This document shows positions 1 to 10,038 of a stretch of 64,000 nt of DNA, in pieces. The position numbers and the translations under genes are program-made. Position 1 is the stretch's first letter. Every line of letters starts with the position of its first letter. A model generated the notes under the pieces. It saw only the letters and a list, made by a program, of their open reading frames with translations, was not told where the DNA came from and did no database searches. Source of the stretch: Candidatus Beckwithbacteria bacterium CG10_big_fil_rev_8_21_14_0_10_34_10 (GTDB taxonomy: Bacteria > Patescibacteriota > Microgenomatia > UBA1400); assembly GCA_002773945.1 (NCBI GenBank), contig PEZT01000010.1:4028-68027 (forward strand), read 5' to 3'.

Positions 1-1
1 A

Positions 2-757
2 GCTAGTAAAAATGATGCTGTTTTTAAAAACTTTAAAAGACATAAAGATTATCAAAGGGTTTTGGAACACGTCACTCAAAAACAAGGTCAGGCTTATTTA
101 AATGTGATTAAATCTGAAAATAAAAACTTATTAAAACATATTTCTAAGTTTCAAGAAAATGATCAATTAGGTAACCCATTAACTTTTTCATACAAAATAA
201 ATAAAAAAAATACTACTCTTTCTCCCACTACTCTAAGATATGTCAAAGTCTTATCGGATTTAAAAAATATTTTCTCTACTTTAAATAATTTTGAAATTAT
301 AGAAATCGGCGGCGGTTATGGCGGTCAAGGTAAAATAATTAGCTCCGTTTTTAAATTCAAATCATATACTATGGTTGATTTAGTTACTGTTCTTCCCTTG
401 GCAAGAAAATATTTAAGAATGTTAAAAGTAAAAAATGTTTTTTTTCTTAAACCAAGCAAAATCCCAGCTAAAAAAATATATGATCTAGTTATTAGTAATT
501 ATGCTTTTTCTGAATGCGGGAAAGAAATTCAAAATGAGTATATAGATAAAGTTTTAAAAACAACTAAAAAAGGCTATATTACTTATAACTATCAGAATGA
601 ATCAAAAAACAAATACCATCCTGTTTCCCCATATTCTAAAAAAGAAATAATAAGAATTTTGTCTAAATACCATCAGCTTAAAATTCTTCCAGAAAGACCT
701 AAAACCGGATCAGCTAACTTTATTATTGTCTGGGATGATATTGGGAAATTAAAATAG
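2..757 (+). CDS. putative sugar O-methyltransferase (5'-truncated by window edge)
   Basis: SAM motif EIGGGYGGQ and YDLVISNYAFSEC. The frame is open from position 2 (ASKNDAVFKNFKRHKDYQRVLEHV...), so the track start at 62 (TTG) is probably internal. Confidence 0.75.
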   Translation, partial: ASKNDAVFKNFKRHKDYQRVLEHVTQKQGQAYLNVIKSENKNLLKHISKFQENDQLGNPLTFSYKINKKNTTLSPTTLRYVKVLSDLKNIFSTLNNFEIIEIGGGYGGQGKIISSVFKFKSYTMVDLVTVLPLARKYLRMLKVKNVFFLKPSKIPAKKIYDLVISNYAFSECGKEIQNEYIDKVLKTTKKGYITYNYQNESKNKYHPVSPYSKKEIIRILSKYHQLKILPERPKTGSANFIIVWDDIGKLK

Positions 758-760
758 CCG

Positions 761-1537
761 TTATTTTCTTTGGACTTTTATCCTAAAACCAATTGATTCT
801 TTAAAATTGCTTTTTAATTTATCTTGTTTCCATTTTAAAAGTCTTTGATATAAAGGCAAAGAAAAACCACCAATTAAGTCAATAAAACCAGCCCAAGACG
901 TATCATAAACAACCGGCTCAATTTTCAAAATCTTAAAGCCATAATCCTCTAATATTTTTTTTATCCCTTTCTGTGAGTATTCAGTTTTGTGATCAGAATC
1001 AGAGTAAAAGTTTAAGCCAAATCTTTTCTGGATCTTTTTCCAGGAAGTGTTTTTGTTGGGAATTGAAATAAACACTTCTCCTTTTTTTTTCATAACTCTT
1101 TTTATTTCTTTTAAAAGCTGGTTTCTTTTATTTAAATGCTCTAAAACATCCAAACATAAAACCTTATCAAAATAGCTGTTTTTAAAAGGTAGTTTTTTCT
1201 CCAAATTTAAATGTAAAATCTTAGTATTTTTTATTCTTCCATCTAAAATTGTTTTTTTAGCAATTTGAAGTTCATTTTGATCATAGTCCACCCCAATTAC
1301 TTTGAGGCATCTCTTGGCTGTTTTTAAAGTATTTTGACCATTACCGCAACCTATATCTAAAACTAAATCTGTTTTTTTAATATCTTTTAAATACCAGCTT
1401 TGTCTTTTTTTGACTAAATGTTTGGGGTGAATCGGGTATTTGCTTTTTCCAGTTAGCTGGGTTAGGCGACAGGATAAAGCAGACAGATTCTTGCTTTTTT
1501 TTAGAAACCAGACAAAAGGAAATAAAACCTTAAACAT
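761..1537 (-). CDS. class I SAM-dependent methyltransferase (Methyltransf_11-like)
   Basis: VLDIGCGNG, LPFKNSYFDKVLCLDVLEHL, ISIPN motifs. Confidence 0.9.
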   Translation of the reverse strand: MFKVLFPFVWFLKKSKNLSALSCRLTQLTGKSKYPIHPKHLVKKRQSWYLKDIKKTDLVLDIGCGNGQNTLKTAKRCLKVIGVDYDQNELQIAKKTILDGRIKNTKILHLNLEKKLPFKNSYFDKVLCLDVLEHLNKRNQLLKEIKRVMKKKGEVFISIPNKNTSWKKIQKRFGLNFYSDSDHKTEYSQKGIKKILEDYGFKILKIEPVVYDTSWAGFIDLIGGFSLPLYQRLLKWKQDKLKSNFKESIGFRIKVQRK

Positions 1538-2642
1538 TTTTTAAAATCTCTATCTCTTTAGCTAGAAGTTTTTGAATATTAAATTCTTGCTCGGCTTTTT
1601 TCCTAGCCTTTAAACCTAACTTTTTTCTAAGCCGATGGTTTTCAATTAAAGTTAATAAGTTGGCCCTAATTTCTTCAGGATTAAAGCCAGTTTTTAAAAT
1701 CTCTTTTTTATTTTCAAACTCTTCTACCCCACTATAATTCCCGACTAAGCAGGGGAGTCCTAAAGCCATTGCTTCAATTAAGGCTTTTGGCTGTCCCTCT
1801 TTATATGAAGGCAGACAAAAAATATCAGCCCCCTGATAATATCCAGAAAGTTTATTATGAACTACCCTGTCAATAATTTTTAAATTAACTTCTTTCTTCT
1901 TTGCCAATAAAATCAATTGGCTCCTTAGTTTACCTCTCCCTATAAAAAGCAAGTTAATTTTAGCCTTGTCTTTTATTAAAGCGGTTGCTTTTATAAGATT
2001 TTCTAAGTTTTTTTGCTTTTCTAGCCTGGCCACCGTCAAAACATTCACCCCTGAACCTTTAAGTAGTTTTTTTGCCTTTTCTGGTTTAAATTTCTTTGTA
2101 TCAACTCCATTAGGAACATAAAATATTTTAGCCCGAGGGTATTTACTTTGTAAATTCAGCTTGTTTTTTTTGTTCGTGACAATTACTCCAGAAGCAAAAT
2201 AAAAAGCAATTTTTTCTAAACCTTTTAAAAGAATTGGTCTTATTCTTTGGTTTTTAAATTTAGCAAAAGCATAATAATCATAACCATAGGTAAAAATAAA
2301 CGGCTTTTTAAAAAATATTCGACAAATTATAGCGGGTATTACTCCCGTTAACTGCATAACTCGAAAAACATCTATATTTTTAACCCGAGAAAGATGAACA
2401 AAGGGAATTAAAAACTGATAAAAAAACCGATGCCAATTATGCTTATTTTCTAAAACAAAACAGCTTTTAGGCAAACTAAGCTTTAGCTGATCATAGGTAA
2501 AAATGTAAACCTGATCAAACTTTTCTTTGTAATTACTAAGATAATAATTAAAAAAACGGCTGTCTTGTCCAGATTTCTTTAAAGAAGAAAAACTATCTCC
2601 CGGGCTTAAAAAAATTCCAAGGTTAGAATTTACTTTGTTCAT
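1530..2642 (-). CDS. GT4 family glycosyltransferase
   Basis: VPNGVD, VARLEKQKN, DIFCLPSYKEGQPKALIEAMALG (EX7E). Confidence 0.93.
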   Translation of the reverse strand: MNKVNSNLGIFLSPGDSFSSLKKSGQDSRFFNYYLSNYKEKFDQVYIFTYDQLKLSLPKSCFVLENKHNWHRFFYQFLIPFVHLSRVKNIDVFRVMQLTGVIPAIICRIFFKKPFIFTYGYDYYAFAKFKNQRIRPILLKGLEKIAFYFASGVIVTNKKNKLNLQSKYPRAKIFYVPNGVDTKKFKPEKAKKLLKGSGVNVLTVARLEKQKNLENLIKATALIKDKAKINLLFIGRGKLRSQLILLAKKKEVNLKIIDRVVHNKLSGYYQGADIFCLPSYKEGQPKALIEAMALGLPCLVGNYSGVEEFENKKEILKTGFNPEEIRANLLTLIENHRLRKKLGLKARKKAEQEFNIQKLLAKEIEILKNV

Positions 2643-4108
2643 TTATAATTATTACATTTAATATTAGGGAATAACTCGGCTGACTGATGATAGTTTTGCT
2701 TAAAACTCTTCGCAAGAATACTTGTTTTAACACTGGGAACAATTAATTCTTTCTTAGAATAAATATTAAAATAATTATTAAATTCATCTTTAAGTTGATA
2801 AGAATAATTAAATTCTTCTTTGTTTAACTGATCATTAAACAATAAAGCATAATCACTGGTGGCTAAGTTTTTTTTATCTGGTAGGCCAGTATAAAATAGG
2901 GTTACAAAAGAATCGAGGTTGCTGAAAACTTGCTCCCTGCATAAAGCATTTTCTCGAACAATAAAGCCAGCGGCTTTAAATAGTTGAGGATTTTGATAAT
3001 ATCCTTTAATGCTATTGGTAAAATCTATTTTCTCAGGGAAATAAAACTTTTTTATAAAATTCAAGTTAATTAAGACCAAAAATAAGACTAAAAAAAATGA
3101 TCCTAATTTATTAAAGGACGCTAACTTTTTTAACCCAAAGCTTGCTCCAATAATAATTAAAGGGAAAAAATTTAGAAAATGAACTGTCGGTGCTCGATGA
3201 AAAGAAAAATAAAGCAAGGGAAATAAGAATATGAGGTTATATTTTTTCCCCCACTTATCAAAAAAGCTTGTAAAAAATAAAATCAACAAGCTTAAGCTAA
3301 ATAAAAAGTGATTATAAAGATTTAAAACCGTGATTGATTTTAAAACATTAAAGTTAAAACCCTCCCCTCCTCTGGCTAATATTCTAAAAAACCCAAATTC
3401 TTTTAAATCAGCTGGATTAATGTAATTTGTCTTGGCGGCCAAATAAGGAATAAAACTCCACAATCCAATGAACAGTAAAAATAAAACACCAAAAAGAAAA
3501 AAAGGGAGAATTATCTCTTTTTTTAAAACCTTTTTCTTGTATTTTAAAAAAAGGTTTAAACCCATTCCCGGCAAAAGAAAAATGCTGTCAATATAAAAAA
3601 GCAAACTGATAAACAGATAAATAAGACTCTTAGTTAAATCCCTATAATTCTCTTTTTTTAAAAAATTAAGGAAATAAAAAGCCGCTAAGCTGACAAACAA
3701 AAAAAACCCAGATACCCCATTGGTTAAACGAGATAAAATAACCACTCCGCTGGTGGCATAAAAAAGGAGAGTTAGAGTGACAATAAAATGACTATTAGTT
3801 AATAACTTAACCGTCTTTTTAACAACAAAAAAAGTGATTAAAGCCATAATTATACTAGGCAAGCGGAGTAAAAACTCATTTGGCCCTAAGAAAATAAAAG
3901 GAATTTCTATTAATCCCCTGGCCGGTTCATGACCATATAAAAAAATGCTCGGTAAAAACTTAATATTTAACCGGTAAAATAAAGCATAAAAAATTCCCGA
4001 AACTTCATTGCCATGTAAAACTCCATTGGCCTTGAAAAACAAAAAAAAGAAAAAAAGCAAAAAGATAAGATAGTCAAACCAAAACCAAGATAATTTCTTT
4101 TTAATCAT
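2639..4108 (-). CDS. polytopic membrane protein, GT-C fold glycosyltransferase-like (ArnT/PMT-like)
   Basis: Many hydrophobic segments, GPNEFLLRLPS loop typical of ArnT/PMT_2 proteins, soluble C-terminal domain. Confidence 0.7.
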   Translation of the reverse strand: MIKKKLSWFWFDYLIFLLFFFFLFFKANGVLHGNEVSGIFYALFYRLNIKFLPSIFLYGHEPARGLIEIPFIFLGPNEFLLRLPSIIMALITFFVVKKTVKLLTNSHFIVTLTLLFYATSGVVILSRLTNGVSGFFLFVSLAAFYFLNFLKKENYRDLTKSLIYLFISLLFYIDSIFLLPGMGLNLFLKYKKKVLKKEIILPFFLFGVLFLLFIGLWSFIPYLAAKTNYINPADLKEFGFFRILARGGEGFNFNVLKSITVLNLYNHFLFSLSLLILFFTSFFDKWGKKYNLIFLFPLLYFSFHRAPTVHFLNFFPLIIIGASFGLKKLASFNKLGSFFLVLFLVLINLNFIKKFYFPEKIDFTNSIKGYYQNPQLFKAAGFIVRENALCREQVFSNLDSFVTLFYTGLPDKKNLATSDYALLFNDQLNKEEFNYSYQLKDEFNNYFNIYSKKELIVPSVKTSILAKSFKQNYHQSAELFPNIKCNNYK

Positions 4109-5039
4109 CCCTGCCTGATTTTAAATAATACAAAACATCTTCAGAAAGCTGGCGGTGCTTGGCTAAAATTTTACCCACTAAAGCAATCCCAAAAAACTGA
4201 ACGCCAGTTAAACATAAAAGGACGCCCAAAATTAAAGATTGAACATGACCTGAACCATTCCCCTCAAAATAGAAAATTAAAAACCTAATCAAAGGCACTA
4301 AACCAATAATAATAAAAATTGAAGCCAAAATAGAAAAAACTTTTAAAGGCTCATAAAGTAAATAAACCATTAAAATATTAACCACTGACTGCCTTAAATG
4401 AATCAAAGTATTTTTAGCTAACCGAGACCTTCTGGTTGGCCTATTGACCTTTATTTTTATAAAAGAAGCTTTCAGACCCTTTTTCCCCACCTGAATCAGA
4501 GTATCAATCACGTAGGAAAAGTTAGAAGTAGGATTGATTTCTAAAAGAGCCTGTCTTGAATAAGCCCTAAATCCGGAAGTAGCATCAGGTATTTTTATAC
4601 CGGCGGCCCGGGAAACTATTTTACTCCCAATGACTTGTAAAAACTTTTTAATCTGAGAAAAATGGCTGATTTTTTTTACCTGTCTATCGGCAATAACAAC
4701 TTCTGCTTTTCTTTGAACTATTGGTTTAACTAAATCAGGAATGTATTTTCCCGGATATTGATTATCGCCGTCAGTATTAACTAAAATATCATATCTTTTT
4801 TTAAGAGCAAATTTTAAACCTCTTTTAAAGGTATAACCTAATCCCCTATTGGTTTTGTTTCTTATAATATGATTAACTTTAAACTTTTGGGCTGTTTCAA
4901 AAGTTTTATCAGTCGAGCCATCATCAATTATTAAAACATCGATTGTCTGAATTCCTTTAATTTTTTTAGGAATTGCCTTTAAAACCAAAGGCAGGGTCTT
5001 TTCTTCATTAAAACATGGAATTTGAATTAGTAACTTCAT
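4101..5039 (-). CDS. GT2 polyprenol-phosphate glycosyltransferase-like with two C-terminal TM helices
   Basis: IPCFNEE, IDDGSTD, NTDGDNQY, DATSGFRAYS; two C-terminal hydrophobic helices (GtrB/ArnC-like layout). Confidence 0.88.
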   Translation of the reverse strand: MKLLIQIPCFNEEKTLPLVLKAIPKKIKGIQTIDVLIIDDGSTDKTFETAQKFKVNHIIRNKTNRGLGYTFKRGLKFALKKRYDILVNTDGDNQYPGKYIPDLVKPIVQRKAEVVIADRQVKKISHFSQIKKFLQVIGSKIVSRAAGIKIPDATSGFRAYSRQALLEINPTSNFSYVIDTLIQVGKKGLKASFIKIKVNRPTRRSRLAKNTLIHLRQSVVNILMVYLLYEPLKVFSILASIFIIIGLVPLIRFLIFYFEGNGSGHVQSLILGVLLCLTGVQFFGIALVGKILAKHRQLSEDVLYYLKSGRDD

Positions 5040-5040
5040 T

Positions 5041-5601
5041 TTACTTTCCTAGAACCATAAAATGGTTTAGGCCAAATTCAAAACTTTGATAATATTTAAC
5101 TTCTAAATCAGCTTCTTTTGCCAATTGGATAAGTTCTTTTTTAGAAAAATAGTGTTTATGATCTTTATTTTGGCGGGAAAATATTCTAATCTTAACCCCT
5201 AACTCTAATATGGTCTTGGCCTTTTTATCTGGAGTAGTAATAATTATTCTGCCCTTTTTATTCAAATGTTTGCTAAGATTTTTTACTATTTTAAAAGGTT
5301 CATCTAAGTGTTCTAAAACAGCCAGCATTAAGACTATATCTTGTTTAAAAAGCTCTAAAGAAGTAAAATTTTCAGTGTTGAAATATGAGTTAATAAACTT
5401 CTCCTCTCCATATTTTTGGCAAGCTTCTTGATAACGCTGTTTATTTCCTTCAATCCCAAAATAATCAGTTTTTTTTGGCAAATAATCAATCATTTCCCCT
5501 GAACCACAACCAATATCTAAAATCTTCTTCCCTTTTGGGATAAAAGAAATAGCTTTTTTAAATCTAAGATATCTTAATAATGGTGATAATAAACCATTCA
5601 T
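5041..5601 (-). CDS. class I SAM-dependent methyltransferase
   Basis: ILDIGCGSG, LAVLEHL, GRIIITTP. Confidence 0.88.
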   Translation of the reverse strand: MNGLLSPLLRYLRFKKAISFIPKGKKILDIGCGSGEMIDYLPKKTDYFGIEGNKQRYQEACQKYGEEKFINSYFNTENFTSLELFKQDIVLMLAVLEHLDEPFKIVKNLSKHLNKKGRIIITTPDKKAKTILELGVKIRIFSRQNKDHKHYFSKKELIQLAKEADLEVKYYQSFEFGLNHFMVLGK

Positions 5602-6884
5602 TTCAAAGATTGATAAATTGATATAATTCTCTCAGTTATTTTCTTTTGATTAAATTTTTGTTTAACAAATTGGTAATGATTCTCTCCTATTTTAAGGCTT
5701 AAGCTTTTATCTCGCAATAGTTTTAAAATTACCTCAGCCAGCTGACTGGGGTTTTTTCTTGAAACAATAAACCCTGTTTTACCAGCTATTATTTGTTCTT
5801 TTAAACCGCCGCTTCTAGTTATTATTACCGCCTTTTTGAAAAGAGCTGCCTCAATTGGAACCCGTCCAAAGGGCTCAATCCCAGCTGTGGGAACAACTAC
5901 AAGATCTGCTAATTGATAGTATTTAAAAAGTTCTTCATGAGAAACTTCGGGAATAATTTTAAAATAAGATTGGGTTTTAACTTTTAGGCTTCCCTTGCCA
6001 ATCAAAAGAAAAACAACATTTTTTTCTCTTTGACAAACAATCTCCCCAGCTTTCAGTAAATCATAAACTCCTTTCCCTAAAGTGAGACGGCCAGCATAAA
6101 GAACTACTTTCTTGTTCCCAAGCTGGTGCTTCTTTCTAAGGCGGATTATTTCTTCATTATTTGTCTTTTTAACTCCCAATGGCGGCAAATTATAAACTAC
6201 CTTAATTTTATCTTTGCAAACCAAGTCTGCTTTTAAATAAATCTCCCTTAAACTATTGCTGATAGCGATTAATTTATCACAATTTTTTAATAACCTTCGC
6301 TTCATTAAGTTATCTATCCAGGAATAGAGTAAAGAGGCACGGGCATAAAGATATTTTATTTTAGATTTTGGTTTTAAATATAAATTAATATATTCAGGCA
6401 CGCATTGGTTCCAGAAATGAGAAAAGCTCGAGGATTCTCTTTTAATAGATTTTTTTTGCAAGCAAGTTCCTACTGGACAAAAAAGAACAAAATTTCTCAA
6501 AGTAAAAACTAATGGCTTTCTTAAAATATATTTTGCCAAGACAGCTGCTGGCAAGGAAAACCTTTCCTGAAGATGCAATAAATCAACTTTTTCTCTAATA
6601 CTGTAATAAACTATCCAAAAACCAAAATATAAATAATACAAAGGCTGGGAATTAAGAAAATAAGGCAGAGTCTGACTTTTATTTTTAAGTTTAAAAGGAA
6701 AAGGAAAACGGATAATTTTAAAACCTTTACTCTCCTCTGTTTTCGGGTTCTTCCCATAATTAGGCGTTAAAACAACCACTTCTTCCCCTTTTTTTGCTAA
6801 TCCTTGGGCTGAGTAATAACTACTCCATTCTGCTCCTCCAGGAGCAAAGGGAGGAAAATAGTCAGAGATAAAAAGAATTCTCAT
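5598..6884 (-). CDS. GT4 family glycosyltransferase
   Basis: DYFPPFAPGGAE, YAGRLTLGKG, EPFGRVPIEAA. Confidence 0.93.
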   Translation of the reverse strand: MRILFISDYFPPFAPGGAEWSSYYSAQGLAKKGEEVVVLTPNYGKNPKTEESKGFKIIRFPFPFKLKNKSQTLPYFLNSQPLYYLYFGFWIVYYSIREKVDLLHLQERFSLPAAVLAKYILRKPLVFTLRNFVLFCPVGTCLQKKSIKRESSSFSHFWNQCVPEYINLYLKPKSKIKYLYARASLLYSWIDNLMKRRLLKNCDKLIAISNSLREIYLKADLVCKDKIKVVYNLPPLGVKKTNNEEIIRLRKKHQLGNKKVVLYAGRLTLGKGVYDLLKAGEIVCQREKNVVFLLIGKGSLKVKTQSYFKIIPEVSHEELFKYYQLADLVVVPTAGIEPFGRVPIEAALFKKAVIITRSGGLKEQIIAGKTGFIVSRKNPSQLAEVILKLLRDKSLSLKIGENHYQFVKQKFNQKKITERIISIYQSLK

Positions 6885-6922
6885 AATTAAAAAACCTACT
6901 ATTAACTAACAATTAATAATTT

Positions 6923-8056
6923 CTAATTAAAATTAGTTTTAATTTTTTTATAAATCTCTATTTGCTTTCTAGCTGATATAGCCCAAGAAAATTGCTGACT
7001 ATATCCCCTCGCTGATTGCCCCATTTTTGCTCTTAGATTTTTATCTTTTAATAACCTCTTAATTTTTTCTCTCCAGTCACTAATATCATTAAACTTAGCT
7101 AAATAGCCTGTCTTACCATTTATAATGAGTTCTTTTAAAGAGCTCACGTCTGAAGCAATTGCCGGAATACCACAGCTACCGGCTTCAATAATAGGCATCC
7201 CAAAACCTTCTTTTTGTGAGGGAAAAAGAAAAATATCAGCTAGGTTATAATAGTCAATTTTTTCTTCTTCTTTAATAAAACCAGTAAAAATTACTTTATT
7301 TTTTAAACCTAATTTATTTTTTATCTTAATTAGCTTAGATTTTAACCTTCCTTCTCCTACAATCAACAATTTTATATTCTCCTCCTGTATCTTCGTCATA
7401 AGTCTTAAAAGAAAACCAATATTTTTCCTTGGCTTTAACCCTCCTAAAAATAAAAGCACTTTTTTGTTTTTAAGATTATATTTTTTTAATAAAAAGTCTT
7501 TTTTCATTTTAGGCTTGAATTTTTTATCCACTCCGGCATATATAATTTTGATTTTTTCTTTGTTTAGCTCATATTTTTCAACAATTTCATTTTTAGTAAA
7601 TTGGCTGTCAGCGGTAATTACATCCCATTTTTTGATAAACAACTTGTTAATTAAATCAAATAAAAAATTATCTTCAAGATGATGATAATGAACAACAAGA
7701 TTAATTTTGGAAGATAAAAAAAACTTAAAAATTAAAGCTCCTAAACCAACAAAATAAGGAGAGTGAACTCTTAAAATATTAAACTTATGGTTTTTTAAAA
7801 TCCCAAATAAATAAGGAAGAATTAACAAATTAAACAAATAAGGCGGCCACACAAAAGAAATAGGTAAATAGTAAACTATGAGATTCTGGTGTTTAAAGCA
7901 AGGCTTGTTTTTAGGTAGAATAACAATTACTTTAACTCCTAAATCACACAAATATTTTAGAGTTTCACGATCATAAACCTCTCCCCCCGAATTAGATTGA
8001 GAAGAGATACCCAGCTGGGGAGAACAAACAACTAGTTTCTTATTTATTTTTTTCAT
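6923..8056 (-). CDS. GT4 family glycosyltransferase
   Basis: SGGEVY, LGGLKPRKN, DIFLFPSQKEGFGMPIIEAG. Confidence 0.93.
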   Translation of the reverse strand: MKKINKKLVVCSPQLGISSQSNSGGEVYDRETLKYLCDLGVKVIVILPKNKPCFKHQNLIVYYLPISFVWPPYLFNLLILPYLFGILKNHKFNILRVHSPYFVGLGALIFKFFLSSKINLVVHYHHLEDNFLFDLINKLFIKKWDVITADSQFTKNEIVEKYELNKEKIKIIYAGVDKKFKPKMKKDFLLKKYNLKNKKVLLFLGGLKPRKNIGFLLRLMTKIQEENIKLLIVGEGRLKSKLIKIKNKLGLKNKVIFTGFIKEEEKIDYYNLADIFLFPSQKEGFGMPIIEAGSCGIPAIASDVSSLKELIINGKTGYLAKFNDISDWREKIKRLLKDKNLRAKMGQSARGYSQQFSWAISARKQIEIYKKIKTNFN

Positions 8057-8849
8057 TTAAGCATCTAAACTTACTCTGCCAATAAATTTCTTTTAATTTT
8101 AAGGGAATTAGGTAAAGCAAAAAAGGTTTAATTAACTTTATTATCTCCCCCCACGAATAATCACCATCTTTAATAGCCTTAAATCTAATTTTTAAAGCTA
8201 ATTTATTTTGTTGTTTTTGCTTTTTAAAATTTGGCAGCCAACGGAATTTTAATAAATATTCAGCTAAGTTAGCGCAAGCATATTTGGCAGCGATTCTTAA
8301 AAACAAATCATAATCCTGGCTATAAAATAATCCTTCATTATAACCTCCCCCAATTTTCTTGAATATTTCCTTTCTCATCATAACTGAAGAATGAACAAAA
8401 GGATTATAACTTAAAATATTATTTCTAATCACCTTATCCTCTGTAGGATATTTAAATTGGCCAATATTCCTACCCTGGCTATCAATAATCTTTGCCCAAC
8501 ATCCCAAGATTACTATCAACTTATTTTTATCTAAAAACTCTACCTGCTTTTTTAACCTATCTTTTAAACTAATATCATCTCCATCCATTCGAGCCAAATA
8601 TTCTCCCTTACTTTCCTTAATTAAAATATTAAGAGATTTTGCCAGTCCATTTCTTTTCTTATTCCTAAAAACCTTAATCCTTTTATCTTTAAAACTTTTA
8701 ACTATTTTAAAGCTATTGTCTTTTGAACCATCATCTAAAATAAGAAACTCAAAGTTATTAAAACTTTGTTTTAAAATGCTTTGAATGGCTTCATCTAAAA
8801 ATTCTTCCTGGTTGTAAACCGGCATTAAAACACTAATTTTTCTTTTCAT
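8040..8849 (-). CDS. GT2 family glycosyltransferase (soluble GT-A)
   Basis: ISVLMPVYN, LDDGSKD, ARMDGDD, SQDYDLFLR. Confidence 0.93.
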   Translation of the reverse strand: MKRKISVLMPVYNQEEFLDEAIQSILKQSFNNFEFLILDDGSKDNSFKIVKSFKDKRIKVFRNKKRNGLAKSLNILIKESKGEYLARMDGDDISLKDRLKKQVEFLDKNKLIVILGCWAKIIDSQGRNIGQFKYPTEDKVIRNNILSYNPFVHSSVMMRKEIFKKIGGGYNEGLFYSQDYDLFLRIAAKYACANLAEYLLKFRWLPNFKKQKQQNKLALKIRFKAIKDGDYSWGEIIKLIKPFLLYLIPLKLKEIYWQSKFRCLNEKNK

Positions 8850-10038
8850 AAGATTGAAATACCTCCCTTATAAACCAGAACAAACATAATAGCCAAACAA
8901 TATTGCTTGAAACAAAGTTATATTGTCTTAAAACTAATTGAACCGGGCTTTGAAAAAGATACAAGCTGCCAATTAAAGTATACCCTAAGAAAAACCAAGA
9001 ATAACTCAAAGCACCAATGGCTAGGGGTAAAACCAAATATTGATCAGACATTCCTGAAGTAAAGGTAAGAAAAAAAAGAAAATTAATTAAAACAGCCCGC
9101 ATGAGCTTCTTTGTCTTAAAAATAAAGGCAAAAGAAAAAAATAAAAGAATAAAAATCTTGCTGTAAACTGATACTAAATCCAGATTAATTTTTTCAAGAA
9201 AATAACTAATCCCATAACCTCCGGTCAAACTCTCATACTGGAATACGTTTTTAATAATTCCCCTTCTTCCTAATGACCAATAGGGAATAAAGGTGCCTAG
9301 AAAAATAAGAACTGATAAACCAAAGCTAAAAACAACCTTTTTCTTATCCTTAAAAATATGATTTAAAAAAACCAAAACTTGATTAAAAACAATGTGTTTT
9401 ATTATTCCTCCAAAAAGAAATAAAAGAGCCGGAAGTTTGCTTTTCCTATTTTTAAGATAAAAATATACTCCTAAAAGGATAAATAAAATACTTAAATTTT
9501 CAAACTGGCCATGATGACCAGTAATAATAATACTAATTGGGTTTAGGAAAAATCCAATTGCCACCGGAGGAAAGAAAATCTTTTTTAGTTTTGAGATTTT
9601 ATATAAAACCAGTAAAATCACCAGGTCAACTAAGGTTAAAAAGGCCCTGACAATAAAGAAAAAGGAAATTTTTGGAAATATCAAACTAATTTTGTAAAGA
9701 CTAAATAGGATAGTAAACCAGAAAGGAGAATAATTATATCGATGAGTATATAGATAGACATTTTTCCCCTCAGACAAAATCTTGGCTACAATCTCATAAG
9801 AAAAAAGGTCATAATTTCCTAGGGTGAAGCCTGCCAGACTTAGGCGACAGTAAAGCCCTAAGATAATCACTAATAAAATAGTTATTAAATTTAACCATCT
9901 GATTTTTTTAAGTCTGTCTTTATAAAAAAATACCAGTAAAAAATAGCCAATAAAGAAAACAAGAATTACTAAAAAAGCACCATGAAGGTGATAAATAAAC
10001 GGCTTTGCTAAAAGATAAAATAAACTTTCACTTTTCAT
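8833..10038 (-). CDS. GT-C fold membrane glycosyltransferase (GT87/DUF2029-like)
   Basis: NYD...NVY...YNYSP, FFLNPISII..GHHGQFE motifs; roughly 10-11 hydrophobic segments. Confidence 0.72.
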   Translation of the reverse strand: MKSESLFYLLAKPFIYHLHGAFLVILVFFIGYFLLVFFYKDRLKKIRWLNLITILLVIILGLYCRLSLAGFTLGNYDLFSYEIVAKILSEGKNVYLYTHRYNYSPFWFTILFSLYKISLIFPKISFFFIVRAFLTLVDLVILLVLYKISKLKKIFFPPVAIGFFLNPISIIITGHHGQFENLSILFILLGVYFYLKNRKSKLPALLFLFGGIIKHIVFNQVLVFLNHIFKDKKKVVFSFGLSVLIFLGTFIPYWSLGRRGIIKNVFQYESLTGGYGISYFLEKINLDLVSVYSKIFILLFFSFAFIFKTKKLMRAVLINFLFFLTFTSGMSDQYLVLPLAIGALSYSWFFLGYTLIGSLYLFQSPVQLVLRQYNFVSSNIVWLLCLFWFIREVFQSYEKKN

